The notes under the pieces are model-generated. The model saw only the letters and a list, made by a program, of their open reading frames with translations. It had not been told where the DNA came from and did not search any database. Source: Neolecta irregularis DAH-3 (Eukaryota). Taken from it: DNA of 51,559 nt. This document shows, piece by piece, positions 13,008-25,250 of this stretch. The position numbers and the translations under genes are program-made. The stretch covers positions 1-51,559 of the forward strand of contig LXFE01002711.1 of the NCBI GenBank assembly GCA_001929475.1. Reading direction: 5' to 3'. How positions within the stretch are numbered: the stretch's first letter is position 1; every line of letters starts with the position of its first letter.

Positions 13008-14625
13008 ATGGCGGCAAGGCCAGGGCATTCTGTGCTTTCTTCTCAAGAAATCGCGAAGGAAGCGGCCAACTTTGCATTTCCTGATGGCAAGTCGCTGGAT
13101 TTGTGGTTGAATACAGCGAATTTATTGTATAGACAAGTTTGCATTTTTCTTGAATGAGTTTGACCGTAGGCGATTGTAAGTATTGGGAAAGGCGACAATA
13201 GGACTGCCTACGAGTATGGGATGAGATATGCCGAGTACGCATTCATTGATAGAGCTGTCTAACCCTCAAGTATAGTTATAAATAGAATCGGAAAACATCC
13301 AGATTATAGCGACACGTCTATAAGGCCAAAATTAAAAAGGATGCTCAAGGTAAGTACGACATTAAACTCTTCTTCAATCCTTTAGGCTGTCGAGAAATTG
13401 CTTGATCTCCTGGAACCAGTAAGAACAGCAATCGATAATGAATATAATTCTTTCCTCGAGAATGAGCGACTCCTTGAGGCACACAAAGCTGAATTGGATC
13501 GTCAGTCAGCGTTCCGTCATAGATCAAAGTCAAGTTTGGATAGTATCAACGAACCCTCTACAAGGCAAGCATGGGATATTGTCAAGGAAATGCAAGGTCT
13601 TATAATTCAACAGGTAAAAATGAAACGAGAAGCTGAAGTGCAGGAGCAGAAGTTCTCTTACCCGCAAATATCGCAGTCTTCCTCAAGGTAGAGTATATTC
13701 TCGACTACCCTACTGAGATACAGTGATGTCAAGAGCCAAGACATTGGCTCTCCGTCACGTTCCGTTCATTCTGTAGGACCAAGGCCAGTCCCAACGACGC
13801 AAACCCTCCCTGAAAGACCCACGAAAGAAATATTAGCCGACTCAATAGCAGAGATATCGTCGCCTCGTCCAGTCTTGAAGGATGCTTCAATCGAAGATGG
13901 AGTTCCACCGGTTGAGGATATACAAATTTTGGATCGACAATTTGCATGTAGAGGTATGCAAGAGTTCCTATAATATTTGCCAACCTGAAAGCATTTCTCG
14001 AATCTGGGGAACCTCTTCGATCTATGTTTGTCCCTAGTGAACTTCGAACCCGTTTCCTTGAGATTGCCTCCTATAATACAGCGCGTAATCTTGAGACTTG
14101 TGGAGTCTTGTGCGGACTTCTTGTATGAATTCCACGACATCAACGCTTCTAAATCCAAAAAAAAGAAAAACAACGCTTTCCATGCCAATATGTTAGTGAT
14201 TCCAGCTCAGGAGTCTACTAGTGATACTTGCGCAACAACTGATGAAGAAACTTTATTCGAATTTCAAGAGAGGCGAGACCTTCTGACACTTGGCTGGATT
14301 CATGTTTGATGATTTTCTCGAATCTACTGACGGATAGACACATCCAAGTCAAACTTGCTTCCTGTCGTCTGTTGACTTACATACCCACTGTTCTTATCAG
14401 CTGATGCTCCCAGAAGCAATTGCAATTGTCTGTGCCCCTAAACATAAGCCAGACTGGGGTGCTTTTCGATTGACCGGTCCACCAGGCATGCATATTATCA
14501 AGAATTGCAGAGCTCGAAGTCTCTTTCATCAACATGATGGTGGCCCAATATACTGTGATGCGATGTATCCTGGCCATGTGCGGGAGGTGCCTGGGATGAA
14601 GTTTGAATGGATTGATTTACGGTAA
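13008..14625 (+). CDS. sst2: AMSH-like JAMM deubiquitinase (S. pombe sst2-like)
   Basis: N-terminal MIT/USP8-dimerisation-like region; LVIPAQESTSDTC; JAMM motif LGWIH|THPSQTCFLSSVDLHTH; LPEAIAIVCAP. Confidence 0.92.
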
Positions 14626-14688
14626 TGCTTTGATGTCTGAGAGGAGTTTGGGACGGATAATCAAAGAGATAGAAAGAAATGCTGTGGT

Positions 14689-15999
14689 TCATTGATGACC
14701 TTTCTTTGAGACCACCGAATCTGAGAATCCTGTCATCCCGCCTTCTTGGCTTATAATAGACAATATTTTCTCGCGAGAAACCAACTGCCGTCGTTGTCGT
14801 CCAATGATTGCTATGTTTCGTGTGCTTGGGATCCGCAGGTATTCCTTTTCAATCTCCCAACCAGCCCTCTCAGCCAATGAGCATATCCAGTTGGTAAACC
14901 CAGCATATTTACTCTGTCCGGTCCACGGTCCTGAATATTTGGAACCGTCTAGCGAATATGCGCAACAAGGAATGGATATGAACTGGCCGTCCGGACAGAG
15001 TGCCGCTATTAGCGGAACCCAAGGTGCCAATTGGTCGGCGTGATTACCGATGAAGAAGGTTCCTGGCGGGAAAGAATCTTCGAGGGGTAAAATTAATTTC
15101 TGACGATGATCCCCGGGATAGACATCCCATGACTTTCTTCGACGAAAGTCAACACCGTATCCCTCGTAGCCTTCGCGTTGGAGTATGTGTACCAAAAGAC
15201 CGTTCCCACATCCTAAATCAACCCATGTGGCTTTAGTATCACCCCATAATGTAATCAAGAATGCCGCAATTCCAAGATCTTCGAATACGTGCTTGGTAGG
15301 ATCTGTTTTTTCAACCCATCTGGAACAAATTTCTTTCCCATACTTGATTTTAAGTCCCTGGTATTTGTCTTGGTAAACCTCCCTAGGAACGACAAGGTCA
15401 TGGTGGAATTTCTTGATGTATCCTGCTTCTGTACTGACACAAAACTTGTGTAAAACCCGAAGTAGTTGATAACACGTCCGTTCTGTTTTCGCTGGTATTT
15501 CTTCCACTGGTAGAATGTGCAGAGAAACAGTCTCGCCATCATAGAGATAAGCAATCCCTTTGACATTCGGATGGTAAAATGGGATAGCATCTCCATGAGG
15601 CTCTAGAATAACCAGTCTTTCTGCATTGCCGGCTTTTGTAAAGACAGTGCATGTCTGGTCAAGAGAACGGTCCACTATGGGATTTCGAGGGATAAATCGT
15701 CTCACAGTAAGGTTTTTGATACTCCACCCATTAATTTGTATTTTGGTTAGATAGGTGATGTCGTCCAGGATATCTGCACGAAGAATATTTGTCGAGTTTC
15801 GTTCCGGGTGCCTTGATAATAGGTCTATTACTCGATCAAACACTTCAATCGGATAGTTTGCTATGTGCTGCAGCATAGGAACCCATTCTGAATCTCCAAA
15901 TGGGCTTGTCGCGTTTGGACCATAAGAACGTGGTTCAAACCCGATGGTTGTCTCTAACATGAGCTTGAAGAATAGAGCACACGTTTTGAGGTTTGCCAT
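14689..15999 (-). CDS. TRM44: tRNA(Ser) Um44 2'-O-methyltransferase (intronless)
   Basis: ILRADI; RRFIPRNP..DRSLDQTC; IPFYHP; WVEKTDPTKHVFEDLGIAAFL; VDLGCGNGLL; IGNHADQL; LRIPSTRN. Start could be 15999 or 15960. Confidence 0.95.
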   Translation of the reverse strand: MANLKTCALFFKLMLETTIGFEPRSYGPNATSPFGDSEWVPMLQHIANYPIEVFDRVIDLLSRHPERNSTNILRADILDDITYLTKIQINGWSIKNLTVRRFIPRNPIVDRSLDQTCTVFTKAGNAERLVILEPHGDAIPFYHPNVKGIAYLYDGETVSLHILPVEEIPAKTERTCYQLLRVLHKFCVSTEAGYIKKFHHDLVVPREVYQDKYQGLKIKYGKEICSRWVEKTDPTKHVFEDLGIAAFLITLWGDTKATWVDLGCGNGLLVHILQREGYEGYGVDFRRRKSWDVYPGDHRQKLILPLEDSFPPGTFFIGNHADQLAPWVPLIAALCPDGQFISIPCCAYSLDGSKYSGPWTGQSKYAGFTNWICSLAERAGWEIEKEYLRIPSTRNIAIIGRQRRQLVSREKILSIISQEGGMTGFSDSVVSKKGHQ

Positions 16000-16045
16000 T
16001 CTACAAACCAATATTTGTTTAATCAGTACACCAATAATACATGAA

Positions 16046-16540
16046 CTACCATTTAGCGCCATCACCCGCTATCTTCCATGTTGAAATCATACAGTCTGGC
16101 ACCCCATCCACAGCTGTATCGCTTCCATCGGGTGCAGAAGACTTTCTTTTTCCGCTCGACCTTTGTTTCTTTTTAAATCCTGGAGCTGAAGCAATTATTG
16201 GCTCTTTCCGCTCTTTTGGTTCAATTTTGACTGGCTCCATCACCAGTCGATGTTTTGTTGTTCCCACAATTGTTCCTTCTTCCCCAATGCGCTCAATAAA
16301 TATATCAGTTCCCACTGATTCTGCCCATTTGCCTTGATAAAAGAAGCCGCCAACTCGCAGAATAGGATTGGGCGACTCATTGAGACCGATCAAAGAAAAG
16401 TCGCGTACGTCCGAGAGCTTTGGTGCATTTGGGCCGAGATCTACTGTAATATAGAATGTTTCTTCCTCGTAATCCAGGTCTAGTCCTTGCTGCCCAAGTT
16501 TCCCTGGAGAAGGACCCGAACTACTTGGGGATATATCCAT
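16046..16540 (-). CDS. TFIIIC subunit 6 (tau55/Sfc7-type) domain protein
   Basis: EEETFYITVDLG...LIGLNESPNPILRVGGFFYQGKWAESVGTDIF resembles the TFIIIC_sub6 domain. Confidence 0.75.
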   Translation of the reverse strand: MDISPSSSGPSPGKLGQQGLDLDYEEETFYITVDLGPNAPKLSDVRDFSLIGLNESPNPILRVGGFFYQGKWAESVGTDIFIERIGEEGTIVGTTKHRLVMEPVKIEPKERKEPIIASAPGFKKKQRSSGKRKSSAPDGSDTAVDGVPDCMISTWKIAGDGAKW

Positions 16541-16657
16541 CAAATACTTGGTGGTGATTCAATGTCTGCTCTAAACATCTCGAAACTCCGTCCTTCTTTC
16601 TTTCTTCTATTGGTCAACCGAGTCATTTTTGTAACCCTCAGACCAGTCGATCCAACA

Positions 16658-18818
16658 ATGCCCAGCACTCAATTTGCCTGTATCAAAATGCTCCTCTCCT
16701 CAGTTTATTAATAGTATAAAGTCCGGACCTCAAAACGCATCGGTCTGACAAATGCCCATCCAGACTATAAACCGGTTGCCGGGCTTCAACAGTTTGTTCT
16801 CCACATTATAGAGAAACTCTGACTAACGCCTCTTAGACCAGAAGGCCATTTTCGGGCATTTACATATAGCCCGGATGGGCGATACAGCGCCTTTGCTTCT
16901 GTAGAGAAGTGATTGTCCAGCCTCGCCATTTTCTTATTAGTCGCAGTGTTTCTATCATTCTGACGGAAGACGGAAGTGTTGCTAATACTCTGCCCGTCAA
17001 GAATGTATACGAAATCGGATTTTCCCCACAAGGAAGCTATGTGATCACCTGGCAGCGGGCATGTATTATTGCTCTATTTAACACCTTATGCTTACCCGAT
17101 AGCAAAAGATGAGTCTGGAAACGCGACCAAAAATCTGAAGATATTTAGGGTGCTTTCAGGCGAACAGACAGCTTCGTTTGTACAAAAGAGCCAGAACGGA
17201 TGGTGTGCCGGGTTCAAATCAAGTTCTGATCGTCGCAGGAATTTACAATTCACCTACGACGAGGAATTTTGTGCGCGTGTTGTCACAAACGAAGTTCAAT
17301 TTTACAAATCGTCAGAAATGGAAAAAGGTGTTTGGAATAAACTCCGAGTTGAAGGAGTCTCTGAGTTCGCATTGTCTCCCGGTAAAAATCATGCGGTAGC
17401 AGTATTTGTACCCGAGAAGAAAGGTCAACCAGCGATTGTGAGGGTCTACAATGTTCCTCAGTTTGCCTCTTCGATATCCCAAAAAACCTTCTTCAAAGCG
17501 GACAAAGTTAAGTTCATGTGGAACCATCTTGGGACGAGTCTGTTGGTTCTGACACAAACAGATGTTGACACGACCAACAAAAGTTATTACGGAGAAAGTA
17601 ACCTGTATTTATTGGGCATTGCCGGCCAATACGATTGTAGAGTTGTTTTGGGTACGTTTTCAAGAATTTCGTAATTCTGATGGTATTAAGATAAAGAAGG
17701 GCCTATCCACGACGTCAGCTGGTCAACGAATTCGAAAGAGTTTGGTGTAGTATACGGTTGTAATAGCTTTCTTTTCAGAATTGCAAATAACCCTTTAGAC
17801 ATGCCTGCCAAGACAACGTTCTTTGATCATCGCGCAAATGCAATCAAATCTTTACCCTTGGCGCCTCGGAACACTATTCTATATTCGCCTCATGCACGTT
17901 TTATAATCGTTGCTGGATTTGGAAATCTTCAAGGAACCATGGATATTTACGACCGAGAACGAAATTTAACCAAGGTTTCTACAATTGAAGCAAGTAACAC
18001 GAGCATCTGTGAATGGAGCCCTGACGGTCGTCATATTATGACCGCAACTACGAGTCCGAGATTGCGAGTAGATAATGGCGTAAAGATTTTCCATTACACT
18101 GGTAGTCTCATCTTCACCGAAGAGATGGAAGAATTGTATGAGGTAAATTTCCTGTACCATTTAGTCTAATGCCGAGGTGACTTGGAAGCCTCAAACTCCT
18201 GACATCCATCCATTGCGTGGACTTTCACCCGCACCGACGCCCCATTCATCTGTCTCTTCGATATCTTCAAAAACACCTCGTAGGTATTCTAGCGGGACCT
18301 TTGACTAATTCAAATAGCGAAGCCGCAGGGAGCATATCGCCCACCTCATGCACGGGGTAGTGCTGTGCCTCTTCATTATAAACGTGAAGACGAAGGGGGC
18401 TTAGCGCTCGCCAATGGCGTTGTTTCAAGTACAAACGACATGTCCATACCTGGTGCCCCAGAATTAGATAAGCAGCTCAGTAAAAATGCGCAAAAGAACA
18501 AAAAGAAACGCGAGGCCGCAAAGAAGACCAAAGAAACTGAACAGCATGTATCTGAAGTTGTTGAACCGTCTCAAGCAATGCCTGCGGATGGTCTTGACCT
18601 CTCTACTATTTCAGCAGAAGATGGGAAGAAGATTAGGGCTTTGACAAAGAAATTGAAGGCTGTGGAAGATTTGAAGTTAAGGTTGGCAAATGGTGACAAA
18701 TTAGAAGCTACGCAGGTCAAAAAGATAGAGACTGGTAAGTGCATTTCCGTCCCCAAAGCTAATGCGTCTAGAGGATCAACTGCGAAAGGATCTCGCTGCT
18801 TTGGGGATAGATGCGTGA
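16658..18818 (+). CDS. EIF2A: Translation initiation factor eIF2A
   Basis: Spliced N-terminus MPSTQFAFRTSKRIGL; KTFFKADK; DVDTTNKSYYGESNLY; AGFGNLQG; ATTSPRLRVDNG; AYRPPHARG; C-terminal KKLKAVEDLK. Confidence 0.95.
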
Positions 18819-19245
18819 AAATAACTCGTGGACTCAAAAAAGGAAGCTTATGTTAGTGTAATTCAAGAATACAAAGACCTCGCATACCACTGCTGATCTT
18901 CGCTTCTTTACCCTGACAGTCAAGACTTTTCTAGGACAGATGCCGGTATTTTCTTATCAGCCTCGATCTTTACAGCAGTTCAAGCAAAAGAATTCAACCT
19001 GTTCTCGTTTGTCTGCTCGGTTAACACACCTTAGTTGGTGCAACAGCTCCACGGAAGGCACAACCGAGGTCAGCACGCTCTACAGCGGAATAAACGGCGA
19101 CACCGGCGAATATTTGCAACAGGACTGTTGTGCGTGCGAATGTTCCGCGATGCCGAGAGAGACGGCATTCCCGCATAGTCTTTGCAAGCAGTGTCGGTCT
19201 ATATCAATCGCCAGTTCCACCATATTCACTCCACTTACAATATTC

Positions 19246-20345
19246 ATGTTGTCCATTGGTCTTGTAGTCTCATTTCTTGTCTTCTTGGCTGTCATTGGTC
19301 AGGCTCAGCCTACAAGTATGTGTTCTTCCGAGACATCAATTGACAACTTTAGACCAGCTCAGAAACCACCAGCAAGCAAAACGAGATTATGCTCATAGTG
19401 TTGTAAGTATGATTTCATTGTTCCGTCGTAATATTGTCAAAGCCTTCTTACAATCCGGCTGAGCCCATGGGGATCGCCTATTCGCCATATCAGGACGACG
19501 GAAGCTGCAAGAACCTCGACCAGGTAGTGTCTGATCTTCGACGGATCAATTCAGATGGATACCAAATTCTTAGAATGCAGGTCTTTCTGCTACTAATAGT
19601 GCTGATAATGCAGTTACGGCATTGATTGCAACCAAGTATGGATTGTTCACACAGCAATATTGAGCATCCCTAACAATAATCTCCGATTATTTCTCGGCAT
19701 CTTTGATATCTCCGATGTTTACGGCTCAGTACAAACAATCATTCGCGCTGTTAACTATGATTTTTCCAAAATTGTCACCGTTTCCGTCGGAAATGAGCTT
19801 GTCAACAACGGTATTAAAACCCCGACTGACGTCATCAATGCCATTGGAGAAGCTCGTAATCTATTGAGAGCAGCAGGATATGCTGGACCAGTCGTGACTG
19901 TGGATACATTTGTGGCACTAAAAGCACATGTCGAGCTTTGCTATGCTTCTGGTTTGTTCGATACAGCCAAAACTACTGTATTGATTGACTAGATTACGTT
20001 GCTGCTAATATCCATCCTTTCTTTGACGGACAAGTCTATCCAGAAAATTCCGGGGAGTGGGTCAGGAACCAGGTGAATGACCTAGCTGCTGCTTGCAACA
20101 ACTGGAACGTCCTCGTCACTGGTATGTTTGTTTTATGGACTAGAATTGATTCGGCAGAAACCGGGTGGCCTACCGCTGGCAACACTGTTGGCGTCTCTGT
20201 CCCTTCTATTCAGAACCAAGAGACTGCCCTTCGCTCGATTTCCAGAACATTAAATAACGGCTTTGTCAGCTTCAGCGCTTTCAATGATCTTTGGAAGGCT
20301 CCTGGACCGTTTAATTGTGAGAAGAGCTGGGGTCTCCTACGATAA
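19246..20345 (+). CDS. Secreted GH17 beta-1,3-glucanase/glucanosyltransferase (Scw4/Scw10/Scw11 family)
   Basis: Signal peptide MLSIGLVVSFLVFLAVIGQA; possible Kex2 site AKR; GIAYSPY..DGSCK; VSVGNELV; VVTVDTF; ANIHPFFD; ETGWPT; FSAFNDLWK. Confidence 0.92.
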
Positions 20346-21208
20346 TGTCTGCTGTCTACTTTATTTTAACTCATCAACTTCTTGTCCATATTGTTTAGTA
20401 CATGTGCGTTTTTCTTTTAGATCTGATTGAATTTTTCTTTCATGTGTATAGAGTAACGCAATATACTGAGAATCTGTCATACTGTGAAATCCTTTTCGCT
20501 CACTAGCCTCTGCAAACAGGGCTGTGTTCCTACATGCACAGACGTACTTAGTGCAGATTAGAAATCATACCCGAAGTGGACAACGCCGGCATACTACAGG
20601 CATACTACACGTGCTCGCCAACGTATTTCCAGTACCGAGCTGTAAAACAGACCTTGTTCATTTTCAGCCTTAGCCAGACAGCTGCTACTTGTTTCTTGAT
20701 GTGTGGTTACAAATTTCGAGATTCCTTTCTTCCAAGTCTCTCACGATCCTAGTCAACGAACTAGGATCCTTTCATTGTTCTAAAGCGAGTGTATAGGAAG
20801 CAATACTTCATCGTGTCCAATCGCGCGACAATGGCAAAATTGATCGTGTCTTGCTGCTACATGGTGTGCACGTTCGTCTTACTTTGTTCGCCTCGCACTA
20901 AAAGCTATACAAAGGTAATAGACGCAGTTTAAGACAGCTTCATCTATACTTCTCACTATACTTTACAATCCAAGTTTTACTGGATATTAAGCCTTGGGAA
21001 AATCGATGAAAATCGAGTTAATGATGATTTTTTCAACCTGCGTTTCATTGGGCGAAAATTTCTGACTCCTTACTGGATAAAAAAGGAGCCGGACGAAGAT
21101 TAGAGACCAATTCCAATCAAGTTAGCCTGTACCTGATGACAATCAATAAAATGGTAGAACGCCGCTCTTCTCCTATCACATCCACCCCTCATCTTCGTCT
21201 CTCCTTCA

Positions 21209-21215
21209 TATAAAA
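21209..21215 (+). promoter_or_regulatory. TATA box of first GH72 gene
   Basis: TATAAAA about 55 bp upstream of ATG 21267. Confidence 0.4.
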
Positions 21216-21266
21216 TCCGTCTTATTTCCTTCAAAGGATTCCATTTGCATCACCAAATTTGCCAAA

Positions 21267-23009
21267 ATGGGGCTTCTATCAGGGTTTTCTGCTGCTCTTG
21301 CCTTTTCATCAGTCGCTTCCACTAGTATATCTTCTATTTCTATCATTGTATGACGCCCCCATCATTATTAGCAGCTATTAAGGACCAAGGGGACGAAACT
21401 GTTCGATGCCAGTGGGCAAGAGTTCTTCGTCCAGGGGGTTGCCTACCAACAGGAAAATACCAATTCAGCTACCATAATAACGGATCCGTTGGCCAATGCC
21501 GCTGCCTGCCACCGTGACGCCCCGCTTATGCAGAAGCTCGGTATAAATACGATTCGAACTTATGCTATTGATCCCACGCTCGACCATAAGGAATGCATGG
21601 CTGAGTTTGAATCTGTGGGTAAACTTTCATTCCCGATTGCACTTGTTGACTTGCAGGTATCTATGTAGTGTCAGATTTGTCCCAGCCTAGAGCGTCGATC
21701 AATCGTGATGACCCGCTCTGGGATACCACTCTCTTCGATCGTTATACTGCTGTCGTCGATGCGCTCGCTATCTATCCCAATGTAATTGGCTTCTTTGCTG
21801 GGAATGAAGTTTCAAGTAATATAACAAACTCAGTTGCATCAGCTTTCGTCAAGGCTGCTATTAGAGATACTAAAGCCTATATCGCTCAGAAGAATTACAA
21901 AAATTTGTTTGTTGGTTACGTATGGTCTTGTTTCAGCTATGTTATGCTGATAGATAACAGGCTGCTAATGACGATCCGCTTATCCGTGACTCATTGGGCC
22001 AATATTTCGCCTGTGGCAATGAGACGGATCGGGCTGACCTTTTCGGTTACAACATTTACAGTTGGTGTGGGAAATCTGATATGCAAAAATCTGGATACGA
22101 CAAGCGAATAGAGGCATCTTCACCACCTGACCCTCACTAATCTCAAGGAATTCCAGAAGTATCCGATCCCGTCAATCTTCTCCGAGGTTGGATGTAACTT
22201 GGTAGAGTCAGCCCGTCCCTTCACAGAAATTGAAGCTATCTACGGCGATCAAATGGCACCAGTCCTCTCTGGCTGTATCGTATACATGTGGTTCCAAGAA
22301 GAGAACGACTACGGCTTAGTTAACGTCAGTGGCGACCAGGTTACACTTCGTCAGGATTACACCAATCTTCAAACCGAATTGGCCAAAGTCAATCCTACTC
22401 GAGCACAAAAGAGCTCATACAAGCCTTCGTCCAGTCTACTGGAATGTCCCTCTGATGCGACTGCTTGGCCTGTCTCTAATGTCCTTCCTCCCTCGCCGAA
22501 TAAGGATCTGTGCTCTTGCATGATTGCCTCCTTGTCTTGTGTTGTTGCTGATAATGTCGAAAGTAAGGATTACGGAACGATCTTTGGGCAGGTATGCGGA
22601 GCGTCATCATGTGACGGTATTCATGCGAATGGAACGACAGGAGAGTATGGAGCATATAGTATGTGTCAGGCCAAAGAGAAGCTCTCTTTTGCTCTTAATC
22701 AGTACTACAAGAAGCAAAATTACGCTTCCACCGCCTGCGACTTTAATGGTCAGGCCAAAATTCAATCTCCCAAAACTAGTGGATCATGCAAAAGTATCCT
22801 GTCTGAAGCCGGCACAGATGGTACTGGGAAAGTGTCATCAAGCATCTCGGCATCGTCAAAGGGTGTGTTGTTTTTTTTAAAGCTACTCACGGAAAGGCTC
22901 TGGCTCATCGTCCGGCAAGAGCGCTGGTGTTGTGCTTTCTTTCAACACAATCAAAACAGCTTTAGTCGTTGCAGGTGCTCTTGGGTTCGGGATGGTGTTG
23001 GTCTACTGA
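21267..23009 (+). CDS. GAS1: GH72 beta-1,3-glucanosyltransferase (Gas/Gel) with X8/CBM43 domain and GPI signal, copy 1
   Basis: Signal peptide; [31 protein letters not shown]; Cys-rich X8 (GEYGAYSMC...ACDFNG); C-terminal SAG plus hydrophobic tail after the last intron. Confidence 0.95.
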
Positions 23010-23258
23010 GCGTTTGTACGTTCGCCTTTCTATTATATTGATTTATTCCTCCGGAGTGATTGGCCCTTTTTGTTTTTGTAATTTCTCGGTTCAAGTGGTA
23101 TGGAATGAATTCTGATTCTTCTATTTCTGAATACCTGTTTTCCTCGGGGCTTGTGGTATCCAGGAAGAGTGGTCTTTCGGCCCTTTGTTCTTTTCAATGG
23201 ACTGACAAAAGTCAGACAACAAAACATTGCAAAGATGTGTGCCAAGCAAGACACGTCC

Positions 23259-23272
23259 GAGGCTAAAAATAG
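23259..23272 (+). promoter_or_regulatory. Composite GAGGCT (Crz1/Prz1 CDRE-like) plus perfect MEF2/Rlm1 box CTAAAAATAG
   Basis: GAGGCTAAAAATAG about 100 bp upstream of the ATG of GH72 copy 2. Confidence 0.5.
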
Positions 23273-23370
23273 ATATGCGCTCCCCCTTTGGTACGCCACC
23301 GAAATACCGCGCTTCTTAAAATCTCCTTCCGCCATTGCTCGGTCCACTCCAATTTGTGTTCCCACTCATA

Positions 23371-25107
23371 ATGAAGAGTTCTTCTTTCTCTATAGCTGCT
23401 GTGCTGCTGTTGTCAACTTCTGTTTTTGCAACCCTCGATCCTATTGTCTCAAAGGGCACAAAGTTCTTCTACAAGACTTCTGGCACCCAGTTCTATATCA
23501 AAGGCGTGGCCTATCAGCAGGACCTGACAAACGCGACAACGAACGTGTCCTATGTAGATCCTCTGGCAGACTCAGCTGCCTGTACGAGAGACGTTCCCTA
23601 CCTCAAAGCGCTGGGCGTGAATGCAGTCAGGACCTATGCGATCAATCCTACCCAGGACCACTCGACCTGTATGCAACTTCTCGACGCAGCAGGTGCATTG
23701 CTTCATCCTTCGTATTTTTGTGCTGATTGCTCAGGCATATACGTGGTTTCTGACTTATCGGAACCTCGCAACTCAATCAACAGAGATGACCCTATTTGGA
23801 ATGTTGCATTGTTTACTCGCTACACTCAAGTTATCGACAGTCTTGCCCCCTACTCCAATGTTCTTGCATTCATTGGCGGAAACGAGGTTTCTAACAACAG
23901 TACTAATACGGATGCCTCCGCCTTTGTCAAAGCAGCTGTTCGGGATTCAAAAGCATATCTCGCTGCAAAGGGCTATCGAGATATTCCGGTTGGATATGCA
24001 GCCAATGACGATGCAGACATCCGTTTAGACATGGCCCAGTATTTTGCATGTGGCAACACCACCGAGCGCGTCGACTTCTAGTATCATATTTCTTTCAATC
24101 AGGACTGACATGAAAGCGCTGCCAATATATACAGTTGGTGTGGCACCTCTACATTTACAGACTCTGGCTATCAGCAACGTACACAGGTACCGTTGAACTA
24201 GTTGTATAACCAATTGATTCATAGGACTTCTCGACCTACCCCGTTCCTGTATTCTTTGGCGAATTTGGATGCAATCTTGTTCAACCACGTCCATTTACCG
24301 AAGTCGAAGTAATATTTGGTCCTCAGATGACCCCGGTATGGTCTGGTGGCCTCGCTTATATGTGGGTTCAAGAAGCCAATAATTACGGTCTTGTCGAAAT
24401 CAACGGGAACACTGTTACTCTCCTTCAAGACTACCAGAACTACAAAGCAGAACTAGCCAAAATTAACCCAATTACGGTCAACATCAACGCGTACACGCCT
24501 ACTCGCTTGACAATTGATTGCCCGGCCAGTGGTCATTCATGGGCTGCTTCAACACTCCTACCACCTACGCCAAACCAAAGTCTTTGCACCTGCATGGTTT
24601 CCAGTCTGAGTTGCGTTGCTAGCTCGAGCCTTTCTGCTACTCAAGTTGCAAGTAGCTTTGCTACTGTGTGCGGCCTGGTCAGCTGTGCTGGAATCAACGC
24701 TAACGGAACTACCGGTGTTTACGGAGCCTACAGTATGTGTGGAGCCAACGATCAACTCTCGTTCGTTTTCAACCAGTATTACATTGCACAAAAGAAAAAT
24801 CCCTCTGCCTGCGATTTTGGGGGTGCTGCCAAGTTAACAACGCCTTCATCGGTATCCTCTAACTGCCAATCCCTGATGGGGCAAGCCAAGAGTGACGGTA
24901 CAGGTGCTGTCCAAGCTACATCAACCGACCTTGTCGCCGCTAGTTCTGGTGTGTTCACATAAGTGACTACTACTAATTTCCATTTTAGGAGGCTCGGACG
25001 GTACATCAAGCAGTAAATCCAAAGATTCCAGTGCCGCTACTATTGGAAGTTCCAAACTTGCCTTCGTTATTGCTGGTGTGTTCGCGATGTGCTTATCGCG
25101 GTTCTAG
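23371..25107 (+). CDS. GAS1: GH72 beta-1,3-glucanosyltransferase (Gas/Gel) with X8/CBM43 domain and GPI signal, copy 2
   Basis: Signal peptide MKSSSFSIAAVLLL; FYIKGVAYQ; FIGGNEV; GYAANDD; ANIYSWCG; FGEFGCN; X8 domain; hydrophobic C-terminus. Confidence 0.95.
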
Positions 25108-25250
25108 GGTTTGGTACTCACGGAATATCATTACCAGGACGGCCGGTTTTGGTTTCAGTCTTAGATACCGACTCATTAAACATCATTCTTGAAACTTAGT
25201 GTATATTTTAGTGCAAGGCAGTAATGGAATTTGCCAAAACTCTTTATTGT

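Noticed and set aside
18940-19245. 152-aa ORF starting at 18940 as an N-terminal extension of the GH17 protein
   Set aside because: The signal peptide begins at ATG 19246; the upstream part has no recognisable features.
21015-21140. Possible C/D box snoRNA (ATGATGA at 21021, CTGA at 21062 and 21132)
   Set aside because: The terminal stem is weak and I could not identify an rRNA-complementary guide; such short motifs are common by chance.
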